Part shown: piece after piece, positions 1 through 11,800 of the stretch
Layout: each line of letters begins with the position of its first letter
Position numbering within the stretch: position 1 is the stretch's first letter
Source: Reclinomonas americana ATCC 50394
Lineage: Eukaryota
NCBI GenBank assembly: GCA_048213135.1
Contig: PS015061.1
Location: 142,444-177,368 of the forward strand
Length of the DNA: 34,925 nt
Direction: 5' to 3'
The notes under the pieces: model-generated
The model's input: only the letters and a program-made list of their open reading frames with translations
Told to the model about the DNA's origin: nothing
Databases searched by the model: none
Position numbers and translations under genes: made by a program

Positions 1-44
1 AGAGAGAGAGAGAGAGAGAGCCAGATATGGCGTGGTTGGGTGCA

Positions 45-345
45 GTGTCTCTGTGGCTGCCCTTGTGTCGCTCATGATCATGGTTGGCGTGAGTGAGCGA
101 GTCAGTCGGAGCGATCGAGATGGTGTCGCCATTCGTGGTGTTTGTGTTGAAAGAGAAGAAGGCAGGGATGGCGAGCGTCAGTGCACACTCTGTTGATGTA
201 GCTGCCCTTAATTTCGCTCATGGTTGGCGTGAGTGAGCGAGTGGAGTCACCATTCGCGGCGTTCTTGCCAGAGACAAGAGAGGAATAGACATGTTGCCTT
301 CGCGGCAACGGAGCTCTGTGGCTATCATCATTGAGAGAGTGTGCA
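45..345. repeat. Degenerate ~140-bp repeats, probably within an ELP4 intron
   Basis: tcatggttggcgtgagtgagcgagt is exact at ~78 and ~218, with similar flanks (gctgccctt...cgctca; ccattcg). Confidence 0.65.
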
Positions 346-401
346 GACTCGCCATTTCTCTTCTCCTTCTGCCTGCTTATTTGCGCTTCTTGGGTCGTCA
401 G

Positions 402-1464
402 GTGCTGTGTTGTGTCACCACTACGATCTGAGTCGGCGCATGCAAGAGGATGTGATTGCAAGCAGCCCGCCACTCTTGTGGACGTTGGGCGACGATGATG
501 GCGATGATGATGATGATGACGGCGGTGATGAGGGTCGCATGTACCAACAGCTGCTCGCTCGCTTTCGGGAGACGTTGCAGCAGGCGAATGCGTTGCGTCT
601 CGAGCTGGGGCCGTGCATCGCTTCTCGTCTATCCGCGCTCACTTCTTCGACTTGACACCAGCTTCTCGCTGCTCGGTGGCGATGGTGAGACACCTCTTCA
701 CCGACGAGTGTGCCGACTGGCCATCCAGAGCCTCGGATCGCCTCTGTGGGGTGCCGAGGGAGTTGCGTTCACCCCCCTCTCTCTCGCATCCCTCCCCACT
801 TGTTGCTCACTGCACCACAGAGAGAAATGCTGCGCTTCCTGCACCGACTGCGTGGCCTCGCCCGCCAGTCGCTTGCCGTGTGCTTTGTCACCGTGCCCAA
901 GTGCATTCACACTCCGGCAGTGCTCACTGGCGCCGCCCATGCCGCTGATTTTGTGTACGACATGGAGTCGTTTGTTGGTGAGCCTATTTCCAACCCGCTC
1001 CTCTCTCTTTCTTTTGCATACCCCTCACCCTCCTCGTCTATCCTCACACAAGGCGCCAACATCAACGTCAGCGCCTACGAGCAAAAAGAATTCAGTGGGT
1101 GGCTGACGGTGGAGAAGCTGCCCAAATTGAATTCGCTCGTGGCCGTGCTGCCAGACAACATGAAGTACGCCTTCAAGATGCAGCGGAGAAAGATGACGAT
1201 TGAGCGCTTCCATTTGCCTCCCGAGGAGTCGCGAGGTACCGGGAATCTTGTTCTCCCTTCCCTTCCAGTGAGACTCACTGTTGTTCAACAGCCGTGGACG
1301 AGAATCGACCCAAGTACGACCCATCATCGTCATCGTCGTCATCGTCATCGCGCAACACGTCGGCAGCCTCAGCATCACAGACACCCTCATCAACCGCTGC
1401 AGCAGCACCGTCAGCCCATAGTGGTCCCCGAGTGACGCTGACAAAGAGAGAGCTAGACTTTTAA
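402..1464 (+). CDS. ELP4: Elongator complex protein 4 (ELP4/PAXNEB), 5'-partial, spliced
   Basis: Spliced exons (402-591, 662-761, 821-~976, ~1053-1235, ~1292-1464) give CHHYDLSRRM...RVCRLAIQSLGSPLW...MLRFLHRLRGLARQSLAVCFVTVP...EKLPKLNSL...YAFKMQRRKMTIERFHLPP...KRELDF*. SLGSPLW, HLPP and the C-terminal LDF are ELP4 hallmarks. Upstream exons lie outside the window. Confidence 0.9.
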
Positions 1465-1508
1465 ACAAGTATTTGTCTATACGATGCGTCCGATTGATTC
1501 CCACAACC

Positions 1509-3796
1509 TCAGTCGACATCGGTGCGCTCGGCGTCTGGCGGCTCAGCCGCATCGTGCGCGCCACTGCCCTCACCACCACCGCCGCTCACCTCACCCACAC
1601 CGTCCTCGTTGTCCTCATAGTCCTCTGCGACAGATGAATCAGCAAACGAAAGCAAGAACGAGGTCATTGCTCCCCGCCCACACTCACCCGTGCGCATGTC
1701 GAGCAGACCAAACTCGTCGTCCTGCTTACGCGTGCGCTCGTACTCAATGACCTGCATGTTTGGGTCTGGGTCGGGCGCGTAAGTGTTCTGCAGGTAGCTG
1801 GCCGCCAGCGGATCGTCAATGATCAGCGTGAATGGCTCCGTGCCACGCGACAGCTATGCACACAACAACAATAGCGTCAATCGCCACCCAGCACATCGCA
1901 TCATCACAACAGCACAATCGCCACGCACTCTGTTCAGGTGGTCGAGGAACTCGCCGAGACGTCCGCGCTCCGCCACCGTGGCCGAGTCGCCGAGCGAGAA
2001 CGAGCCCGTGGCCACACGCAGATTCTCCTCCACCTTCTTCAGCAGGCCCTCCAAGCTCGTAAACATGCCGCCGAGGGTGCCGCGCACCAACTTCAGCTCC
2101 AGCTCCGGAATCTCAATGGTGGCCGACTCGGACTTGAGCAGATCGCGGTTCATGTCCTCCGGCTCGGTCACGCGGAAAATAATGCGACGACCGCGCGGCT
2201 TGATGGCGCCACCGCTCTTCACGTCCACACTGCGGTGACCGCACATGACGCACGTGAAGGCCATGATGACGATCTCGTCAAAGTACGGGATCTCTGCGAC
2301 CGGATAAGTGACCCACACAACCGCAAGCTGATCACCAAATGAGCACGCAACTGGTGACCATCATCTTGATGTTGCCGGGCGTGTGGCACAGCGGGCACAC
2401 CTCCGGGAACTCAATCACCTCCTCCGGAGCCTCCGCACGCTCCTGCAGCGCCGCCGCCGAGTCGACGTCGTGCAGCAGTTCCGCATGGCGACCACCAAGG
2501 GCGGCCGACACGGCGTGAACCGGGTCCTGACGGACGGGAGCGCCCTCCTCGCCGCCACTCTCACCACTCGGGATGCCGAGGGCGCGATTGTCCTCCTCGG
2601 TACGCATCCACATCTCCACATCGAGCTGCGGATCGCGCGCCGGAGCGGTCCTGTTTATGGGGGGAAGGGTGATGAGGGGCAGAGTGAGCAAGCAAAGAGG
2701 CAGGTGACGCAACAGGCTCTGGATGTGCGAGTTGCCAGCCGGATCACGAATGAGCACGGTGAACTCTGTGCGACCCTCGGCGTACAGGCGCAGACGACCA
2801 ATGAACTCGTTCAGCTTGGCGTGCGACTCGGGGTCGATGTGCAGACGTGCCGGCTGCGGGAAGACGTGAGATATTGCAACAAACAAGGTTCAATCTCTCA
2901 TCCCAGCACGCACCTGCTCAGCCTCCAGATCGTCGGCCACCGACGTCAGCAGGCCCTCGACTGCCAGTCGCGAATGAGAATAAGAAAGAGCACTTTTCCT
3001 CTACTACGCGATCGCTGCACACACCCGTGGTGAGGAGACCGCGACCCGACGGCGGCAACTCCAACTCCAGCTCGGGAATGATCATCGACGCAAAATCGCT
3101 ACGCACGACCTGACGCGACACATCCTCCGGCTTCTGCACCTTCAGCGACCACAGCGTGCCACGCGGACCAAACACGCCACCGAACTTGACCTCGGTGTTG
3201 CGCAGACCGCACTCTATGCGCACACGCACATGAGCAACGAACGAGACAACTGCGCGACGGCGACTGGCGATCAGACCTGGGCAATCAAACGACATGACAA
3301 TGACCTCACGGAAGTGGGGAATGTCGACGAGCAGGATGCGCGTGGTGCCCTGCGCGTGGCATCCCATGCACAGACTCTCCACGATCGTCGGCTGCACACA
3401 CCAATCATCAGTGATGGATGAGTCGGAAAATCTACTCAATTGAAGACAACGCACTCCATCGACAGTGTCATCGCCGGGACGGTGGTACAGATGATCCTCC
3501 GGCTCACCAGTCGGCGTCGCAGTGGCGTCGACGACTGCACACACAGAAAGAGAGTGGGAGATGAGTCCAAAAAAAGGCTTCTGTGCGTTGCATGACACCG
3601 CCCCACTGTGCGTGTGGAATGCACACGCGCACATAGAGGTCGATGATAGGCGTGGAGAGACAGAGAGGCGAGCGCGCGTGTGACAAGCCATGTGCACATC
3701 CACACTTGCACGCACGCACTCACCAGCCGGGGCAGCAGCAGCAGCGGAGTCAGCGGCAGCAGCAGCAGTGGGTTGCTCAGGGGTTGGATCAGCCAT
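1509..3796 (-). CDS. ZPR1: Zinc finger protein ZPR1 (two C4 zinc finger + A/B domain modules), spliced
   Basis: First module: ESLCMGC...[31 protein letters not shown]...[20 protein letters not shown]. Second module: EVCPLC...[28 protein letters not shown]...[16 protein letters not shown]...[19 protein letters not shown] at 3796, TGA at 1509-1511. Confidence 0.95.
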
Positions 3797-3907
3797 TGCA
3801 ACAAGCAGAGAGAGAGGTGTGATCGCGCACACACAAAGGACGAAAGAAGAGTGATGAACTCCGCCGATCCGCCAATCCGCCATCACTCCGTCGCCTTTGC
3901 TTTGAGA

Positions 3908-4212
3908 ATGCGCATCCTTGTGGGCGTAAAGAGAGGTACGTTGCATCCTCTCCTCTGTCTCTCTCATTGCCACGACACGTCACTCACTGCTTGCACACAG
4001 TCATTGACTACGCACAGGTCTGGTCTCACACGCACACTCTCCACTCTCTGCACGATGCTCACTCTGTGTGTGCGTGTTGCACAGCGCATTCGAGTGCGTC
4101 CTGATGGGCTCGACGTAGTCAAAGACGGCGTCAAGTTCTCCATGAATCCCTTTGATGAGATTGCAGTCGAGGAGGCCGTCAGACTCAAGGAGAAGAACGT
4201 GGCCACAGAGGT

Positions 4213-4284
<72 letters not shown>

Positions 4285-5261
4285 NNNNNNNNNNNNNNNN
4301 NNNNNNNNNNNNNNNNNNNNNNNNNNNNNNNNNNNNNNNNNNNNNNNNNNNNNNNNNNNNNNNNNNNNNNNNNNNNNNNNNNNNNNNNNNNNNNNNNNNN
4401 GAGAGAGAGAGAGAGAGAGAGAGACTTCCTCTCCCCCTCACACTGCTCCTCCCTCACACTGCCTCTGTCACACAGGTTGTTGCTGTGACTGTGGGCCCGA
4501 AAGTCGCGCAAGAGACTCTGCGGACGGCACTGGCGATTGGTGCCGACAAGGGCATTCATGTGGTGACTGACGGGAAGACCGAGTACGAGCCGCGCATCAT
4601 CTCTGCGGTGCTCGCGGCACTTGTCAAGCGCGACGTTTACGATGTGGTGATTCTCGGCAAGCAGAGCATCGACGATGATTGCAATCAGACGGGCCAGTTG
4701 CTGGCTGGTGCGTTCGACACGAGCTGGAGTGGAGACAAGGACGAGTGCTCTCACGTGGTGTTGTGCGTGTAGGTCGCTTGGAGTGGCCGCAGGCTACGTT
4801 TGCCTCCAAAGTAGACATTGCTGCCGACAAGAAGAGCGCACAGGTGACGCGAGAGGTGGATGGTGGACTGGAGACGATCGGCATTTCATTGCCAGGTTTG
4901 CGCACTGTACATGTGCAGCTGTCTGTACGCGCCCAGACTCAATTGGTGGAGCAGCTGTAATCACGTGTGACCTGCGTCTGAATCAACCGCGATACCTTAA
5001 GCTGCCGAACATTGTCGCCGCCAAGAAGAAGCCGATTGAAGACTTGCCGATTGCCAACGTGCCCAACGTCGGCGACCTGCAGAACAAGCTCGAGATTGTC
5101 AAGGTATCTCACCAACAGCGTGGTCCTCGCGGTGTGTGCGGTGTTGCTTATGCATGCGCGCGCAGGTCGAGGCACCTCCGAAACGCGCTGGTGGCAAGAC
5201 CGTGGCCGACGTCGACCAGCTCATCGACAAGCTCCGCAACGAGGCCAAGGTCATTCCATGA
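3908..5261 (+). CDS. ETFB: Electron transfer flavoprotein beta subunit, spliced
   Basis: [23 protein letters not shown]...[18 protein letters not shown]...[15 protein letters not shown]...[20 protein letters not shown]...[10 protein letters not shown]...[12 protein letters not shown]...[13 protein letters not shown]...[13 protein letters not shown]. One intron contains an (AG)n tract with an N-gap. Confidence 0.96.
4207..4424. repeat. (AG)n microsatellite spanning N-gap 4285-4400, in an ETFB intron
   Basis: Direct observation. Confidence 0.95.
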
Positions 5262-5424
5262 GCGCAGAAAAGCGCAGCCTCTTTTCTTGTCTCTCTTTCC
5301 TCCCCAACTTGCGGGGAGAGCATCGTAAAATCCGCTTGCTCGGTCGACCTGTTGTCCTTCATCCCTCGATTTGTGTTGTCTGTGAGAGCTCGTTGTGTGT
5401 GGTTTTTTTCCTGCCTTTGAAACC

Positions 5425-6644
5425 ATGAGCTCTGCTTCTTTGCCGTCACCGCAGCGGTCGCCGCGTGTCACAACAGACCCTGATTCGTTGGAAGGTGCGA
5501 ATGATCACACACTCAATGAGAATGAGAGTCGCGATGATCCAACTGGGAGTCGCCAACACCAATCAACCTCTCTTGTCACTTGCTCTCTCTCTCACACACA
5601 CACACACACACTACTGCCTCTCTGTTGCTCTCTTGTTGTGCTCACTTCTCTCTTGGCGCAGAACCCATTGAGGAGAAGAAGGATGCGGACATTATCGAGT
5701 TCCTGCACATGATGGGCCTGCTCAAGGTGCGTTCTCTCTCTCTCTCTGTGGCCACACACGCACGCACGTGCTTGCACATCCACCACGATCACCGCTGAAT
5801 GCGAGCGAGTGTGAGAGTGAGTGTGAGAGAGAGTCGCGGCAATGCTCAACACGCGCGTTTTGAGGCCCCACTGTGCGCTCACTGTCCACGTGTGGCATGT
5901 GCAGAGGACACTCCGAGCGGGTTGGGTGCGAAACGGAGTCAAGCAGCCGGAGAGTGTCGCCGATCACTCGTTGCGTACTCAAATCATGATCCTCTCCTTC
6001 TCTCGCACACACGCACGTGCTCACTGGTGTCTCTCTCTCTTGTACACAGCTTCCGGATGGCCATCATCAGCATGCTTGTCGACGATCCCACGATTGACAG
6101 GTTCGATTGCCTCGTTGTAATAGGTACACTCTCTCCAGTCACTCGTCCGCTCACTCTCTCCGCGCAGAACACGACTGCTGAAGATGTCGCTGATTCACGA
6201 TGTGGCGGAGGCACTGACGGGCGACATTACGCCGCACGATGGAGTGTCGCGGGCAGAGAAGCTGGAGCGGGAACGAGATGCCATTCGCACCATGCGCCGA
6301 TTGCTTCCACACTCGGGCGGCTCGTTTGGCGATGAGATGGTGGAGTTGTGGGACGAGTACTCGGCGGGTGAGTCGCCCACGGCCAGGTTGGCCAAGGACC
6401 TCGACAAGTTGGAGATGATTCTGCAGGCGTTTGAATACGAGAAGGGTGTGTGTTGTTGTTGTTTGTTTTTCCGCACGTTCTGTTTCTGAAATCACTCACC
6501 ACTTCTCGCTTCCGCGCAGAGCAATCGTTGAACCTGGAGGAGTTCTTCATGTCAACAGACGGCACGTTCTCGCATCCGTGGGTGGTCGACATTGTCAAGG
6601 AGCTGTACGTGAAGCGGGCCGAACACAAGTTCGGAATCGAGTGA
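5425..6644 (+). CDS. HDDC2: HD-domain 5'-deoxynucleotidase (HDDC2/YGK1/YfbR-like), spliced
   Basis: IEFLHMMGLLK|RTLRAGWVRNGVKQPESVADHS|FRMAIISML...KMSLIHDVAEALTGDITPHDGVSRAEKLERE...ELWDEYSAGESPTARLAKDLDKLEMILQAFEYEK...LEEFFMST. The start codon assignment is tentative. Confidence 0.92.
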
Positions 6645-6838
6645 GTTGCTGTTAGAGAAAGTGTAGGAGGGAAGCGTGCGTGTCATATGGCGCTTGGCGT
6701 CTCCGCGAATGAAGAATGTATGCATGTTGTTCAACTGTTACAACACACGAGACGACGGAGAGGGAAGGAGAGAGAGGGAGAGATAGTAACAACACACGAG
6801 CCTGTACATTAATTTGTATGCATTGCATGGATAAAGAT

Positions 6839-8508
6839 TCAGGCTCTGACGGCGGTACGAGCGACAGCCACCTCGCCGCGGAACACGTCGTACACTGGAC
6901 CCGGCGACTCGGTGCGTGGGGTCTTGAAGCGCGGCGCAGTCGCCACGTGCTCACGCACCGTCGCCGCCTTGTCAAATGTCGACGGCACCATGTAGAACTT
7001 GGCCGGCGATGCCGACTGCATGAAGGAGAGGAATGTTGGTCAGCACACACGCATACACAAACACTGTCAACAACGGTGACGCACGTAGGGCTCCTTGAAG
7101 CGCGGCTCCTTGGCGGCAAACTCGGCCGACTGTCGGGTCTTGTGGAACTGCGGCTGGTGCGTCGAATCGTACTTGCCCGGGCCGAGATCCGTGGCCTTGG
7201 GCGTGGGGAAACGCTCGCTCGTCACGCTCATGACACGGCCGCCACGTGGGCGTGCCAACTTGTCCAGCGTCTCGTACGAGGCGTAGAAGGTGGGCGCGCC
7301 CTCGCCAATCACGTCGTTCTTCAGACGCGGCTCACGCGCCGCAAACTCGGCCGTCGGTCTCTTGGACGGGCGAATGGCCACTGCCGCCGCATCGTAGGCA
7401 GTCGGACCCGGACTCGCTGCACATACACACACGGTCAGGCACAAGGCAACGCGCATGTGCATGTCTGCGCGTGCGACACTCACCAGTGGTGCTCCTCGGC
7501 GGAATGTGCGAGGCAAAGTCGCCAAAGCGATCACTGGTCTTTGCACCAAATCCCACACCGCGCTTCGACTGCGGCGACTTGCGCGAGGCGTCGTTGGGGT
7601 CGGCAAACTCCGACGGCACATTGTACATCTTGTCGCACAGCGGGCGCGTCGGCGACGCGCGCTGCGGGCCCGCCGCACCAAACCCAATATCATCCCGCGC
7701 CGAGTGCCGCGCCGGCTTCACCGTCGCCTCAAAGTCGCTCTTCACCACATAGTTGCCGGGCCCGGGCGCCTTGCTGCAGTCACGATAGATCGAGTCCACA
7801 AACCGCTCCGACATTCCCATGGTCGCCGACACGGGTCGTGGAGCGCACGATGTCGGCGTATTCGATCGATTATACGATCGCTGCTTCTCCAGCAACGACG
7901 ACGGAGGCAGTGCATACACGGGTCCAGGCGAGGCACTCTGTGGACGCTGGAACCGCGGTGCAGAACCCCACGAAGGACGACGCTGACGCGGAGCAACGCC
8001 AAATGTACCTGTCGCCGTTGCGTCAGACACTTCACTGCAGAGAGACTCAGACAGACAAGAGAGGCTTACCAATGCGACGTCCCTCAGCATCCAGTGGACT
8101 GCGCAGGTCGGCCACTGAGCGGCGACTGGTGGTGCTGCTCGGTCGCGGAGGCCGCGCACTCGCAGCAGCAGCAGCAGCAGTCGCCGAGGGAGCCGCTGAG
8201 GCCAGCTGATCGCGATCACTCTCGCGATCGAGTGCAGCAGTGGCCGAGGCCGGGCGCACACTCCTCTTCTTCTGCTGTTGTTGTTGTTGCTGCTGCTGAG
8301 AGACGCGTGTCTGCTTGGTGGTGACGTGGTGCACGACGTGTGTCGTGATCGTCTTCTTCTTCTTCTTGCTGTGCGTGGTCTTCTCGGGAGAGGAGGCAGA
8401 GGTGTTGGTGGAGGAGCTCATGTCGTTGTCGTGGTGTTGGCCACTGGTGTCGGTGCCGATCTGCGCGCGCAGGTCGGCGTCGAGGCGGTCGTCAACGTGA
8501 GAGGTCAT
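6839..8508 (-). CDS. SHIPPO/ODF3/STPG-type PGP-repeat protein (ciliary microtubule-associated), spliced
   Basis: Repeated SPGPVY, APGPGNY, SPGPTAY, LGPGKY and SPGPVY motifs interleaved with F(G/A)xxxRF-type motifs (WGSAPRF, MGMSERF, FAAKEPRF, VATAPRF). Low-complexity N-terminus. Confidence 0.8.
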
Positions 8509-8867
8509 TCGTTGCACACAAGAGAGAGAGTGAAAGGGGGAAGAGGTTGAGGCGCGCAAGTATAGAGTGGAGAGTGGTGGTGTTGGCGCGCGAGTGAGTA
8601 AGAGCGAGAGTCGTGAAAAAAAAGAGCCGCTGAATGTCCAAAAGACAACTTGAGTTCTCCCGCGCGTACACTTTGTCGTTCGCCAACGCTTTCTCTTCTG
8701 CATGATGCAATGGTGTATGCAGCGCGCACTGCTGGGGTTTCGTGCGACAATCGTCATCGTCGGGCCAGCTTCGTTCTCCGCGAGTCCCGAGGGGGGGGGG
8801 GACTGCTGCTGCTGCGTGCGTCGTAGGTCGTGTTCGGCCGCTTGGGCCACACACATGCAACAGCGCA

Positions 8868-11800
8868 TCAACCGGTGCCATCTGCAGCTGGGCGAGGCGA
8901 CGATGTAGGCGTTGTGGACGACGATGAAGGCGCCGACGTTGTTGTGCTCGAGGCGGTGACGGTGGTAGCGGAGGCAGCAGCAGCGGTAACGGAAACCGTT
9001 GGTGGTGCGGCGGCAGGACTGCGCGGCGCCAGAGCTGCAGAGGCCGCTGCGGCAAAAGCGGCGGCGGCGGCAGCAGCTGCTGCGAGCGTGCTGGTTCCCG
9101 TGTGATCCGAGGCCTCCAGCGACGACACTGAGTCCAGGTTGCCGGCGAGACCGTCGTGCAGACTCGGGCTGCTGGTGACGCCGACCACTTCCTCTTCCAT
9201 GCCGGCCTCCAGCAGCCCGACTCGCGAAAAGTCCTCCTCGGCCTCCTTGTGGTAGCCGTGCAGCTGCAGCAGTCGTCCGCGATTAATGTACGCGTCGACC
9301 AGTGTCGGTCGCAAGATGATGGCCTGTGCGGTGGTGAGCTGGTTGCGAAGGAAAAATGATCAACGCGCAGCAAAGACGCACCTGGTTGAATCGCTCAATG
9401 CCCGCCGCGTGCTCACCCAGCTCAACGAGCAGGCAGCCGAGGTTGAGCAAGGCCTCGGCGTGAGTGGGGTCCAACTCGATCACACGCAGGTAGTCCTCCA
9501 GAGCGGCTTGCTGCTTGCCGACACGGTCGTACAGTAGACCACCTGTGAATGGCACAAGTGAGGTTAGCGCAAGAGAAAAAGATGGAGAGGCTCACGTCCA
9601 CAACGCAACGATTGTACCACGCCGAGGCATCGTTCGGGTTGGTGCGAATGGCGGCCGTAAAGTCTTGCAGCGCGTCGGCAGTGTGCCCCAGCAAGTTTTG
9701 CACCACGCCACTGTGACACGGTCAGTCAGTGCGATGGAGTGGAGAGAGAATAGAATGTTCACACCGCACGGGAGCACTCACCGATTGCAGTAGACACCCG
9801 AGTGCACCAGACCCATGCTCATGCACGTGTTGTAGTCGTCGAGGCTCAGTTGCAGATTGCCGAGCTGACGGTGCAGCTGACCGCGGTTGTAGTACGCCTC
9901 GGTCGACGGCACCAGCTCCAGACTCTGCGTGTAGTCCCACAGTGCCTGCATCGAGTGTTAGTACAAACGAGGAGGATGGAATCGGGAAGGTTGTACCTGC
10001 TCCAGATTGCCCAGATGATGATTCAGCTTGCCACGCTCTCGCAACACCTCGGCGTTCTGCGGCAACAGTGCCACCACGGCGTTGAGGTCACGCAGCGCGT
10101 CCTTCAGACGGCCAAGTGGGCACAGCAGCTTGGCGCGGTTCAGACGTGCGAGAACAAACGAGGCGTCTGCTCGAAAATGCCAAGTCAGCATTCATCCACG
10201 ACAGCAGATCTTCTGACGACGCGCACCAGTCTCCACTGCTAGCGTGAACAACGCGAGAGCCTCGTCAGCACGACCCAGATGTGCAAGAACCGCTCCGCAG
10301 TTGCTGGCGTGCGAGGCGCGCACTTCAACAGGGTCCACCTATTCAACGGAAGGATGTCACACACCACGCACAAACAGCCCCTCTTCGCAGCATACACACA
10401 CCTCCAACGCTCGTCGGTAGTCGGCCACGGCCGCATCCACATCGCCGAGTTCATGCTCTACTTGCGCGCGCATGGCATGTGCCGACTGCAGCCGCTCGTC
10501 AATCTCAAGTGCTCGATCGAGCGCCGCCTTGGCTTTGAGCAGAAACTCGCGGCGCATCTCTGCGCTCTCGCACGGCAGCGACATGAGGCACATGGCGCGA
10601 ACCTGTGTCCAACACGCCGCTGCGTCAGCACCAACACATTCGGTGATGCATGTGTGTACCGGCAACTCCACTCACCAAGTGCGCCGCCGCGTGGTTGGCG
10701 TCGAGCTCCACCGCCGTATCGGCATCCATCAGACCCATCTGCGGTCGACCACATCGGTAGTGCAGTCGCGCGCGGCCAACAGCCGCGGCGATAGAAGCGG
10801 CGTCGGACTGCAGCAGCTCCGTGTACAGAGCACAGGCTTCCTCCATGCGATTGTCAGCAGCCGCCTGCTCGGCGCGCTCCAGCAACGAAAGTGGGCGCGG
10901 TGTGGACGCCATGGAGGATGAAATGGAACGCGTTGAGGAGGCGCGTGAGGAGCGGTTGGAAGACGGCGCGCCAATTGCACTGCTGCTGCTGCCGAGGCGC
11001 AAGAAAGAGGACTTGCGATTGCCTGCCGAGTGGAGCGTGGGTTGTGTGCGCGAGAGAATGCAAACAATACTATCCATACCTCGCGCAATGACCGAGGCCG
11101 ATCGAGAGGGTGGCGGCGGTGGTGGCGGTTCCGATTGTGCCGGCGGAACACTGCTGCGACTCGGTTCGTCGTCCGTGTCCTTCCAGTCGTCGTGCACCAG
11201 TGTGGACACGAGCGGTGAGTCGAGCGATGCGGTCTGTATCACGCTAACGTGAATACGCAAAGGGAGAATGCGGCAAAGGGCCATGCCAAACCTGAATGTC
11301 CTCTGCGACCCATCCATCGTCGGATGTGGCATCGCCCTGCGACTGAACACAACAGCACAGTGAGACGACGATTGGTGGTGATGGAGCGAGAGACGAGCAC
11401 CGCACCGAAATCTGAGCAGAGTGGGGTGAGGAGAATGAAAGCAAAAATCAACTTCAAGTTGATGCACACACACCTGATGTACTGATGGCGCCTTGGCAGG
11501 CGCACCGGCGAGTCGACGGGCCAGGGCGGTGAGGCGATCAACAAGCTCCTCGGCCGACGGTCGTTGATTCGAGTCCGAGTCCTGCAGAGATAGCGAAGTC
11601 CGTGAGGGAGAGAGGTGCGTTCCATGCAGCGCAGACGATTGCTCACCCAACACTCGCAGATAATCTGCGTCAACGTGGGGTCCAAGTCGGGCGGCAGCGG
11701 AGGCCGTCGGCCCTCGGTCACCTGCCGCGCAATCTGCAGCGGTGACATGTCCTCAAAGGGCACGCGGCCAGTGACCAGTTCCCATAGCACCACCGCAATG

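Noticed and set aside
6716-8324. 497-aa and 289-aa plus-strand ORFs
   Set aside because: Antisense shadows of the GC-rich SHIPPO-repeat gene.
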